From: Eledone cirrhosa
Lineage: Eukaryota
Assembly: GCA_964016885.1 (NCBI GenBank)
Contig: OZ024745.1
Coordinates: 133,114,001-133,178,000 of the forward strand
DNA length: 64,000 nt
Direction of reading: 5' to 3'
Program-made: the position numbers and the translations under genes
In this document: one piece after another, positions 14,350-26,229 of the stretch
How the letters are laid out: each line of letters begins with the position of its first letter
Numbering within the stretch: the first letter of the stretch is position 1
The notes under the pieces: model-generated
Told to the model about the DNA's origin: nothing
The model's input: only the letters and a program-made list of their open reading frames with translations
Database searches by the model: none

Positions 14350-14830
14350 TTCCTGATTTGCCTTCTCCTAGAAGAATTCCCTGACAAATGCTAGGGGTCC
14401 TTCACTCGCAGTGTTTTAACCGTGGGATCTCGTGTCCAGCCCGATTATGTCTATGACCCCGCGTATATACATATGTACCCATGTTTATACACATATACAT
14501 ACATATGTACATGCGTATATAGATATTTACACACTTTTGGATGGCCGTTGACTCTTATGAAACTGGTATAACTCCGACATAAAACCCGCGGCTCAGTAGT
14601 TGCCAATGATGCTGATCTTTTCTTCTTTTAAGGTTATAGCTACTGTCACTCAGAGAGTGGGATTGGCTCAGTGCACAGTATTTCCTCACTTTAAAAAATA
14701 TCTTCACGCACAGCATTGCACGATAGAATTAATTAATAATTAATTAATAATTAATAATTATTAATAATGTTATATTATGCAATCGCGATACTCGATAACC
14801 AGGGGGCAGCCATCATGTATGTATGTATAT
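14350..14830 (+). mobile_element. Second non-autonomous RTE-related copy with an inverted 5' segment (~14350-14565)
   Basis: The minus-strand part matches ~13890-13972, the plus-strand part (from ~14570) matches ~13972-14115, and it ends GATACTCGATAACCAGGGGGCAGCCATCAT(GTAT)n. Confidence 0.6.
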
Positions 14831-14864
14831 ATATGTATGAATGAATGTATGTATATATGTATGT

Positions 14865-15076
14865 GAACTATGATCTCCACGGTATTATGAAGGTTCACAG
14901 GCAACCTGATGCAAGACCTGGGGCCAGGGAGATCCATAGTTGTCGTCAATAGGTGAAGGTGTGAAAGTCTCTAGCAGGCTTGAAAAGACATAACCTAGCG
15001 TCACATATCTGAATCTGAGAAGCGATTGCAATACTATTAGCGTTAGTTTGCAGCCATCATGTATGTATGTATGTAT
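14865..15076 (+). mobile_element. RTE-clade LINE 3' fragment (family 2)
   Basis: Aligns by eye with 62490-62692, including a decayed C2H2 segment and the CAGCCATCAT(GTAT)n tail. Confidence 0.75.
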
Positions 15077-16835
15077 GGGTTAATGTCGGGGGTAACATGT
15101 CGGAGCCTATCTCAGTAAAAAATGGAGTGAAGCAGGGGGATATTCCAGCACCGACCCTGTTTGCCATATACTTTGCAATGGTTTTCTGTATTGCATTCAG
15201 GAATTACGAGCATGGTGTTTACATCCGATATCGAACCTCAGGCAACATATTTAACATCAGGCGCTTTGCTGCGAAGACAACAATGTTTACATGAATCATA
15301 AGAGACCTCTTGTATGCAGATGATTGCGATCTTGTAGCGCACACAGAGAGTGATATGCAGCACATTTTGAATGTATTTTCTGATGCTTGTACTGCTCTGG
15401 GTTTGACTGTCAGTCTCAAGAAAACCGTCGTCATGTACCAACCTGCCCCTGGTAACCAGTACACTGAACCAAACATCTATGTGTATGGCAAACGACTTGG
15501 AGTGGTTGATCAGTTTGTCTACCTGGGATGCACTGTCAATCGATACAGCAACCTTGACAGTGAAATCTCACTTAGGATTAGGAAAGCAAGTGATGCTTTC
15601 GGAAAGCTAGAAAGGCGACTCTGGGGTCGGCGAGACATATGCAGGAGGACAAAGTTAAAGGTGTACAGGGCATGTGTGCTCTCTTGTCTTCTTTATGCCT
15701 GCGAGACCTGGGTCACATATCGACACCACCTTAAGCAATTGGAGCGTTTCCATCAGATGTGTCTCAGACGGATCCATGGCGTTCACTGGAGGGACCACAT
15801 CAGTGATGTCGAGATTTTGGAAAGCTCTATGTGTGACAGTATAGAAGCTCTTGTGCTTAAGCAACGACTCCGTTGGAGTGGTCACCTTGCCAGGATGAAG
15901 GATTCTGGAATACCAAAACAACTCTTTTATGGAGAGTTGGTTAAAGGAAAACGACCGCCACATAAACCAAAAAAGAAGTATAAGGATTCCTTGAAAGCCT
16001 CTCTGAAAGACGCTAACATCTCTGCTGATACATGGGAGAATATTGCTGCTGATCGTAATAAATGGAGAAAGACTGTATATGAGGGAAAAGTTGCCTTTGA
16101 GGCATCTCGAATCGCATACGAGAAAGTAAAGCGGGATGTGAGGAAGGGCATTGCTGTTGCACTTCCAGACGGCGAGGGACCTCCTATGGTGCTGACATGC
16201 AGCGTATGTGCGAGACTCTGCCTAAGCAAAGCTGGACTCGAAAGTCATCTTCGCAGTCATAAAGAAAGACCAGTGGTTGACTACCAGGCTGCTGTTGGAG
16301 ATGCTACTCATCATGCTTGCCAAACATGTTGGTAGAGAATGTAAATCAGCAGGAGGGCTCAAGCGACATACAAAAGTACACGAACTCCAACCACAGCCGA
16401 CTATTCCCAGTGAATGTTTTGGTTGCCAACTCTGTGCAAGACATTTTAGATCCTTGGCTGGGCTAAAAAGCCACATTCGATCGCAGCGCTGTTAGTTGCT
16501 ATCGTGTGTGTGTAGATATGCTTATGTGTGTGCGTGTGTGTGTATATATATATGTATATGTATATTATTATTGTTGTTGTCGTTATTATTATTGTTGTTA
16601 TTATTATTATTATCATTATTGTTATTAATGTATGTGTGTGTGTATATGTGTGTGTGAGTGTGTGTATGTGTGTGTGTGTATATATGTGTATGTATATGTA
16701 TATATATATATATATATATATTTCTCTTTTTTCTTCTTTTTATTTATTTATTATTTTTTTTTTTTTCTCGTGCAATGGCCATACTCGATAACAAGAGGGC
16801 AGCCATCATGTATGTATGTATGTATGTATGTATGT
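15077..16835 (+). mobile_element. 5'-truncated RTE-clade (BovB-like) LINE: RT plus three C-terminal C2H2 fingers; disrupted ORF
   Basis: GVKQGDIPAPTLF, YADD, FVYLG, LLYACETW, RLRWSGHLARM and GKRPPHKPKKKYKD motifs; stop at 15292-15294 and frameshift near 16330; 3' end GGCCATACTCGATAACAAGAGGGCAGCCATCAT(GTAT)n. Confidence 0.95.
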
Positions 16836-17224
16836 GTGTTCTGCTCGTTTTATGATGTTATAAATGTTACCAATAAAGAGAGGAAGTCCGTTTCTAAGAT
16901 TATCACAGCACTCTCTCATTGGAATTTAAACATTAACTTGTTAGATGTATATGCATGCTTGCATGCACGCATCTGTGTGTATGGATGTTATTGTAAGTGT
17001 GGACGTGGATGTCTTAAGTTATAGGTGTGCATGTGCATACGGTTTCTATATGTACATGTGTGCAGTCCTAGTCCTGTAGATGCCATTTCTATATTAAACA
17101 CCCCCTCCACACACACACTCACCTACAAACGTATATATATATATATATTTTTTTTCACTAGCTCTGACAGTTAGCAGGTGAACTGTGAACTATACTGATG
17201 AAGGTTAAGAGGAGGCTCTCAGAG

Positions 17225-17600
17225 AGATTCTAGGCGTTGACGAGAACGAAATAACCAGTCTTTTCCGCTCGCACTCTACCAGAGCCCGTATATTTCTGAC
17301 TTATGGAGTTATGTCGTACATCTGTTATCCCGTGTGAGACCAACCCAGTTACCGACCGAGTCCACAGTGAAAATCGCCACGCCGCCTTCTTTTGGCCGTC
17401 GCCTTCTTTTGGCCTATTCGGCCACGCCCTTGTCAACCTTGGGTGGTATGCCTCCCTATTGGGGAATTCTGTTGTTGATGTTTTTGTTAATTATTCTTGT
17501 TCATAATTTTCACTCAAATATATGTAAACCCCTCACTCTTCCCTGTCATTGTATTATCCTCTTTGTTTGGCCCTTGTGGCCAATCATACAGAATTTATAA
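17225..17600 (+). mobile_element. Tx1/L1-like LINE 3' fragment
   Basis: LWSYVVHLLSRVRPTQLPTESTVKIATPPSF is homologous to the 22780 and 42760 regions; shared 3' UTR TGTAAACCCCTCACT..GGCCC..GGCCAAT. Confidence 0.7.
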
Positions 17601-19182
17601 TTATTCTTTGAGTCTCAGTCGTTGATGTTATTTAACTGGAAAGTTTGTTGAAATGAATATAAAGCCACTACCTGCAGCCTCAGATATTCTGGACGTATCG
17701 GAGGGTTCTCGCTGTTCCCAGCAAGCATGCCTTTTGAAGTGTTCCAAAAAGCGGGGCTGGACTAATTTTCTTTAACCATCATTGGACACGCTTTGAGATA
17801 GTACCTAGTGCGCCTATGACAATCGGGACGACTCTGACTTCATGGCAGTTCCAAATCCTTTTTAACTCCCACGTTAAGTCCTGGTATCGATTAATTTTCT
17901 CCCTCTCCTTTTCTTGCACTCTACAATCAGGCACGATCTTCTTTCCTTGTCAAAACCCCCAGGTCAGGCCTATTGTGTTCCAGTTTCTTATCCGTCTTTA
18001 TCCTAAAATCCCATAGCACCTTCACCTGATCGTTTTCTATCACCGACTCTGGTTTATGCTCATACCACTTCTCAGAATGTGGTAAATTGTTTACTTTGCA
18101 TTGGTACCAGTGGATCACCCTGCCCATCACATCATGTCTCCAGCCTTTATAGTGAGTCTGGGCTACGTGTTTACACTCGGTTACAATGTGAGCCACAGTC
18201 TCTTCTCTCTCTCCACAGATTCTACACAGTGGGCTAGCCTCCACCTTGTAAATATGGTGTTTCACCCACTTCGTTTTGAGTGCCTTCTCTTGCGCAGCCA
18301 TTAGCATTCCTTCTGTAGTCTTTTTAAGGTCTCTTCTTTTTAACCAGTTCCATGTCTGTCGATCTCTAAATACAGTTTTCTCAAAGAAGGTACTATGAAG
18401 GGATTTTTCATGAAGATTGGTCTTCCTCCTTGTTGTTATTTCCTCCTTGGACATCCCCTGGTCTATTGTCCTCTCCTTCAGTACAATTCTGAGCATTGGC
18501 ACCCTACTGTCGGTCGCTTATTTGTGCAGGTTGTTTTTCTCCATCTGAACACAGTCCTCTATGCTGATAAGACCACTTCCACCTTCAGATATCTTTAAGT
18601 AGAGTCTATCGACATCACTCCTCTTGTGGAACATATTGAAGATAGTCAATAGTTTCCTAGTCTTCCTATCCATTTCTTTTTGTTCAGCAACATTCCAATT
18701 CAGAATTCCCGCACTGTACCTAATAATAGACACAAATCGGGAATTCACTGCACTTATGACATTCCTACTGTTTAGATGTGATTTTAATACGCCCCTTACT
18801 CTCCTAATGTACTCAGATCTTATCAATTCCTTCATTTTCTTTGTTCTTGATGTCATCTGCCTCCAGAACACCGAAATATTTGTATCCTACTTCAGTGTCA
18901 ATTTCCTTTATCATCTCACCTGTTGGTACCTGGATTCCGTTGCTTCTGCTCAATTTACCCTCTTCATCACTAGAACTCCACACTTATTAATACCAAATTG
19001 CATACATATATCGCTGCTGAAAATACGGACAGTGTCAACAAGTACATCCAACTCCCTCTCACTCTTCCCAAAGAGTTTAAGATCGTCCATGAAGAGGAGG
19101 TGGTTGATGGTATGTTCTCCTTTTCCCAACTTGTATCCAGCTCTCACTTTTCGTAATATAATGGTCAGGGGTATCAGGGCAT
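17600..19182 (-). mobile_element. 5'-truncated R4/Dong-like RLE LINE (family A), frameshifted
   Basis: HLLFMDDLKLF RT motif, RLYL...EGG.GL, CRICGEREETVAHIVTEC CCHC knuckle, RHD and HNRPD endonuclease motifs; 5' junction at (TAA)n. Confidence 0.92.
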
Positions 19183-21315
19183 TATTATTATTATTATCAT
19201 AATTGCATTTATCTTGCTTTATGTTCACCAAGTCACAACCAGTGACCGCAAGAGACAACAAGGTCCGCCATGTTCAAGAAAGAACATACATTCACACACA
19301 TGCATCTTTAGGTATTTAGACTTGTGATGTACTTATATTGACAGAATCTTCCTTAGTATATGGGCAGTTCCCATTAGTACTATCTTTTGTATTTCTCCTA
19401 TACGCGGGTTTCCTGGGATTTGCGATAAGTAATCATTAGACCCCTTAGGTATCATTCCCAGAGCGCCTACAACCACTGGTATTGTTTTAGTTCTCAATTT
19501 CCACATTTTTCCAATTTCTATCTCCAGGTCCTTATACTTGCTCAATTTTTTAAATGTTTTTATAGATACATTCTTGTCTATTGGAACGGACATATCGATT
19601 AGCAGGCATACCTTCTTTTTAAAGTCCTTCAGTATTATATCAGGTCTACTTTCATCTATTTTTCGGCCTGTTTGGGTGCTAAGGTTCCACAATACTGAGA
19701 TGTGATCTGTTTCAAGTATAGAGGAGTTGATGCTCCCACCAATTCTTTTGATGGGGCAGGTCAAAATGCTTGCACATTATCCAATGTGTGTATTGTGCAG
19801 CTCTGTCATGCCTGTTTAGGTATTCGGTTGAAGCTATAGGACTGCACATTGAAATTATATGATCAATGGTCTCTGGTTGTTTTTTACATACACGGCATAA
19901 TGGGTTGCATCCATTTTTTATTATGTTGGCTTGGTAATTTTTTGTTGGCAGACACTGATCTTGTGCTGATATAATCAGTCCTTCAGTCTCCGATTTCAGT
20001 CCAGAGGATGCCAACCACTGATGGGTTAATGTTTTGTCAACATCAGGATTGTTAGCTCGCTCTGGGTATTTTCCATACAGAGGTTTTTCTTGCCATTCCT
20101 TAGCCAATTTCTGTAGCAGTTCTTTCTTTGCAATTACTTTTACCTGCTTTGCTTTTTCTGTGTTTTCCATTTCAGCAGTAAATAGAACTTCTGAAATTTG
20201 TAGTCTATTACTGTATCTTTGTGCATCTTTTGTAATGGAGTATGATCTTTTGATGCTTTCGTGTTTCAAAACGAGTTTGATCATCCAATCATGTGATTCC
20301 CTTAGATGTGTAGATAATCCAATTGATGCAGTTTTCAACGCAATATCTAACTGGATTAACCCACGTCCTCCTTCTTTCCTAGGGAGACATATTATATCTG
20401 TATCTGCCTTAGGGTGGTGCATTCTGTGTATGGTTAAGAATTTTCTAATTTTTGTATCGAGCCTACGGATCTCTGTGGTTGAACATTTGATGACATTGTA
20501 ACTGTAGGTTACTACTGGTATGACAAGCGTGTTTATGGCATCGATCCTATTCCTTGCATTCAATTCCGTTCTTAAGATTGCTCTTACTCTGCGGTAACAT
20601 TCCTTCCTTATCCTTTCCCACATTGTCGAGTGCTTGATTCCGTCTCCTTCACAATCACCTAGATATTTGTAAGTTTCCTCTTGATCAAGTTCTCTTATCA
20701 TTCCCCCGATCAAGATTAATGTCTGAACTTTTCAGCAGCTTTCTCCTGGTGAACGTGGCTTTGGCGCATTTATCTAGTCCAAACTCCATTTTAATGTCAT
20801 CACTGAACTGCTCCACAGTTGATAATAGCCCTTGCAATTGTTCATCATTTTTTGCAAATAGTTTCAGATCATCCGTGTAGAACAAGTGATTAATGGTTTT
20901 GTCATAGACTTTATATCCATGTTTTGTTTCATTGAGCATTTTACTTAATGTTTTAAGTGCGATGCAGAATAAAAGCGGTGATAAAAAGTCACCCTGAAAA
21001 ATTCCACAATTAATATTAACTTCTCCAGTTTCCAGTGATTCTTTTTCACTATTCAAAAGGAGTATCGTTTTCCATGTCTTCATACTGAATGACAGGAACC
21101 ACCTGACAACGGGAGATATTTTGAAAACCTCTAAACATTTTTTCAATCCCACTGTGTGGTAAACTATTGAATGCTTTTTTATAATCCATCCAAGCAATTG
21201 ATAGATTTTTGTGTCTATTATAACAATCTTCCAGTATCATTTTGTTAACCAAAAGCTAATCCTTACAGCCATATGAGCCTCGTTTACACCCTTTCTGCTG
21301 ATTGGGAAATAGATC
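19183..21315 (-). mobile_element. 5'-truncated R4/Dong-like RLE LINE (family B), several frameshifts
   Basis: WMDYKKAFNS, GIFQGDFLSPLLF, HLFYTDDLKLF, YKYLG, CRVCKKQPETIDHIISMC, RHD, RPDII..LIDMSVP..KLSKY; (TTA)n at both ends. Confidence 0.95.
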
Positions 21316-21464
21316 ATTTTTATTATTATTATTGTTATTTTTTATTACATCCTCTGTTTTTTTACACGCAGAAATGCCCATTTTTACCGTCCTGTATTGC
21401 CCTGTATTGTCCTGTACTATCCTTAATGTCTACTTTATGTAAACCCTTGTGGTTAATAAAGAAA

Positions 21465-21466
<2 letters not shown>

Positions 21467-21520
<54 letters not shown>

Positions 21521-21540
21521 GTTGTTGTTGTTGTTGTTGC

Positions 21541-21577
<37 letters not shown>
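21467..21577. repeat. (TTA)n-(TTG)n trinucleotide repeat
   Basis: Seen directly. Confidence 0.97.
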
Positions 21578-22589
21578 ATATATGAGTTTGTGTGTGTTTT
21601 TCTCTGTGTGTGTGTTTGTCTGTGTGTATGAACAGAGTATGTTTGAGTGGGGCAGAAATATGTTACCTATACACGTAAACATGTATGTATATTGAGAAAA
21701 GCAATCTATTTAATACGAGTTGCCATGTTTTTCCTATTTCAACAGAATAAAGACAGTTTTGTTATTTTGTTAAAGTTGTTTATAGAAAATGAAAGAAATA
21801 TCAGCTGATTGTTCTCCATTTTTTCAAGTAACTGTTATCAGTTGAATCAAACTCAATAGTGTTTTGCTTATGTGTTGCTTATTTGTTTACAATAACGGAG
21901 CTAAAACAAGTTCACACTCTTTTATTTAAATCTTCTATCTATAAATACGAGTATATATTCCAGTTAAGATGTTTTTCATTATACACATATCCTACCTCAA
22001 ATCATCATATATAAATGTGATTGAATATTTATACGTCAATCTGTGTATGTACGGAGTTACCTTTCCTTATTTGTAGTCATACATAACCACGTAAATATTT
22101 AGGTTTATTAAGTTCCAGTTAATGAAGTCGATTACTATGTGTTTTGTCATGTATAATTACAGGTTTATTTGTTGTAATGGTAGTGTAGCCAGGTAGAAAA
22201 CAAATATTTGGGATGCATATTAGCGACACTCAATTCTAAATGTTTATCAATAAAGAGAGTCTGTTTCTAACATAGACACAAGACTCTCTCATTGGAATTT
22301 ACATATCAACTAGGTAGATATGTATGTCTGCATGGATGCATGTGTGTGCAGGTATGGATGTTATTGTATGTGTGGATGTGTATGCTTTGAGTTGTATGTG
22401 TGCATGTGAATATGCTTTGTATCTGTACATGTGTATATGGAGTTATTAGATGCAGAATTTTTGGAATGCTTTACATATCTTTACTGTTCCATCAATAACT
22501 AGTCGTATACTTTCTGGTTCTGTGAAGCCCAGCTTCTCAAGATTTGTACTTAGGTAGTTACTAACCTACCCCAGTGCCACAATAATCAC

Positions 22590-23310
22590 AGGCATAAATT
22601 CGTGGAAGTTGGAGCTGTTGCAGGGCATCGCGATCTAACGAGGACTGCGGAAAGCAGCGTCGGCCTATGCCGACGACGTAACCGTAATGCTATCGAAAAC
22701 CTCGGAAATCGGGTAATCGGTTACCTATTACAGGAATACGAAACGTTGACAGGAGCAAGACTAAACCCAAACAAATGGTGAGGATCACTCCACCGCCTTC
22801 ATTTAAGAATGAAGGAGAAGCGGCTTTCCTCTGTCTGGGGGCTATGGCGAAAGAGGTAATATGGTGGACGACTTTAAAGGGTCTGAGGGCAAATACCTTT
22901 CTCTCCGGGCATCATCTCATCCCCTTCTTTAAGTACCACTTCAGAAGTAAGGCGAGAGGGGAGTGAGAGGTGCTACACCCCAGTAAATTCGCTCAAATGT
23001 GGATGAATGTAGCGAAAATGGCCCGAGTGAATGGACCTTCTCTGTATATAAACCTGTAGGTTGTGGTAGACAAACAGAGGGACGACGGGAACACCTACAA
23101 AACGTGTCCCTGGTGTTGAGGGTTGTTCTATTCACGGGGTGTAAAACAACTCCGCAGTAACGTTCCCCACCCCGCTATTGGGGGTTTCGATTGTTTTATT
23201 GTGTATATATTTTATTATTATCCATTATTATTGTTAAAGATTTTATGTAAAACCCACCGCCGTCACGTCTTGTAATGTCCCATTTTTGTACGCCCCTCTG
23301 GCAAATAAAG
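22590..23310 (+). mobile_element. Internally deleted Tx1/L1-like LINE
   Basis: SAYADDVTV..YETLTGARLNPNK RT segment fused directly to a C-terminal FLCLGAMAKEVIWWT segment and 3' UTR ending AAATAAAG. Confidence 0.8.
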
Positions 23311-23319
23311 AAATATATC

Positions 23320-23585
<266 letters not shown>

Positions 23586-23939
23586 TCATGATAATTATAG
23601 ATTTGATTATATATATATTAGTGTATTAAATGTATAAACAAACGCATCGTTACTAATTTCTTCACACAGTTAACCTGTCTTTGTGGGAGGTCGGTGGCTT
23701 CTTCTATCCAAGGTTTCGTTGTGTTTTTATTTAATATTTCAATCATAAAATTATTGCTAAGGATGTGTTAGTTTAATAAAAGAAAATTTTAATCGAGCGA
23801 ATGACATGATCGTTTTCAGAAGAATATATTGAGTTATTAGTTCTACTGGTTGCTTCCTCATTTTGTTTTTTCTTATTTTATTGGCTAGAATGTTTTAATA
23901 AAGACACCAAAATAATGTTACATATATACACACACACAG

Positions 23940-24055
<116 letters not shown>

Positions 24056-24299
24056 GTGTGTGTTTATATTTACTGATACACAATCATATGTACACATACA
24101 AATATATAATTATACTCATATTTAAGTAAATATAAATAGAAATAGAAATGAGTAACTACATATTTAAATAAAGAAATAATCTGATAATGGTAAATGAGTG
24201 AGTAAGTAAACAAGTAGTGTTAAATAAATAAATGATTGCACAAAAAATAGGAGCAAACAAATAGATTAAAGCAATGGGGAAAACCATCAATTTTTCTGT

Positions 24300-25335
24300 A
24301 AGTTACATTCGTGTTACCTCATCTAGACTTGGATATGAGTTGTGGCTCACACTCTCCTGTGAAGAAAGTCCTGTAATTTATTTTATCATTGCATAGAATG
24401 CATGTGAGTATATGATGTTTAAGGTAAGTGTATTTGTAAAGTCGTTCTAGCTGGTTAAGAGGTGGAGATAAACAATGAAGGTTGGTATTCTTTCAGCATA
24501 ACCTCTCCAATGTTCCTTGGATCTTTCACTAGTGCTCCAGCTGCTTTACCTATTATGGATGCCGGGTTATATGTATACCCTCATCTTGTTTGAGAGGACT
24601 GGGATCACAGACATCGCAGCTGGCATTTTCATCCTTCCCCTGAAACATTAGGTTGCAAATATATTCGTTGAATGTCAGAGCTCAATTCCTACTCGGGGCA
24701 GCTTCCCTGTAGTCTAGCCAGGCTGTAGCTATATTCCTCCTAAGTTGTCGCACCTCCGACATCGTAGCTTTGTTGATTAGGAGTTGTTCAACACCACCCC
24801 AATACCTTTCTTACCAGCTGCTTGTTCATCTGTGATGATGTTATTTCTTTCACAGTGATCTTGAAGGAATAGGTTCAGGCAGGCTGTATACATCTTATAC
24901 ATCAAGTTCTGGTATGCAATGGGTCGGTAGTTTTTTGCTAAGTGAGTGTCTTTGTTCTTGGGGACCAGTAATGTTTGTGCTAATGTCAGCCATTCTGGTA
25001 TAAGTGTATCTCCCTTGAGAACTTATTGGTAGAGGTCGATAAGATACATCCGATAGAATATCAGTTTCTTGTACCAATAGCCGACAATCATGTCTCTTCC
25101 TGGTGTTTTCTTGTCTTGGAGTTTTCCTATCATAGTCCCAAGAGTATCCTCATTTATTTCGTATGTTTTTGTTGTAGTGTAGGATCAATACTTCTTTTCG
25201 ATTTCTTTTAGCCACACTGCATCAGGTTTTCAACATGACTGGTAGTTGTGGCATTACTGTCGGAGATAGTATTCATCTCAAATTTAATGAATAGTCTCCC
25301 ACACCAAATTGTGCGATTGATCGCGTTGACTAACT
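24300..25335 (-). mobile_element. Internally deleted R4-like LINE remnant (family C) next to (CATA)n
   Basis: Minus-strand peptides KKTPGRDMIVGYWYKKL, KNYRPIAYQNLMYKMYTACL..EQAAGKKG..EQLLINK and AWLDYREA occur in RT order; abuts (TATG)n at ~25336-25420. Confidence 0.75.
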
Positions 25336-25559
25336 GTATGTATGTATGTATGTATGTATGTATGTATGTATGTATGTATGTATGTATGTATGTATGTATG
25401 TATATATGTATGTATGAATGTGCATGTGTGTATCCATTTACATATGTTTTAAAAAATAAAACAACTGAATATAAATGTCTCCTAGTATAACGATTAAAGT
25501 ATTTCACGTTTGAGAAATTAGGTCTCGTACACTGCTAACAAATGTTTGCACTCGATCAG

Positions 25560-26090
25560 GCGCTTTCGACATACTTCTTCTCCATTTAATGATTAACTTA
25601 TTTTATTCTTGAATATTGCAAAAACCATGCATATTGGATTTTCACAGCAAACAAATCTTTATTTAAGACAATATTCCGAAGCAAATTTTTTGGTTGCTTT
25701 ACTGAGTGTTTCCGTAACATGTACGTTATCATAATTCAATTACTTCACAATACCAACATCATTCTCTGTTGCTGTGGCATCAATATGATATGTTGATCAC
25801 ATTATCAGCAATGTCTCTCTTCAAGGTCTTCTCAACGATAAAGATATTGTCTCTAAATAGATTCTCGATAGACATTAGGGTTTATAAATTGCTTTTATGT
25901 GCATTTTGATTTCACTTTAATCCCTTTTTAATTTTGGAATAATGGCTCAAATATTTAAATATTTAGAGGTAAACACGGCATATCTCTTTCTCAACATGTC
26001 ATCAGAGGGTATTTTAAAACTGCGTATTTTTATGGATCACTATAAACATAGCAAATGATAATGGTCGAACATTATCCAATAATCTTGTTT
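25560..26090 (-). mobile_element. Possible Penelope-like remnant (RT-EN linker region)
   Basis: KQPKNLLRNI followed by a C..NPIC-like segment; heavily decayed. Confidence 0.35.
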
Positions 26091-26152
26091 CATATTAAAG
26101 GACGAAACGTACGTTATGTTAATACGATGTTTACATGCGTATGCATGCGTGT

Positions 26153-26229
<77 letters not shown>

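Noticed and set aside
18624-20501. Plus-strand ORFs of 192 and 155 aa (also 56466-56849 minus)
   Set aside because: Antisense shadows of R4/Dong LINE ORFs.
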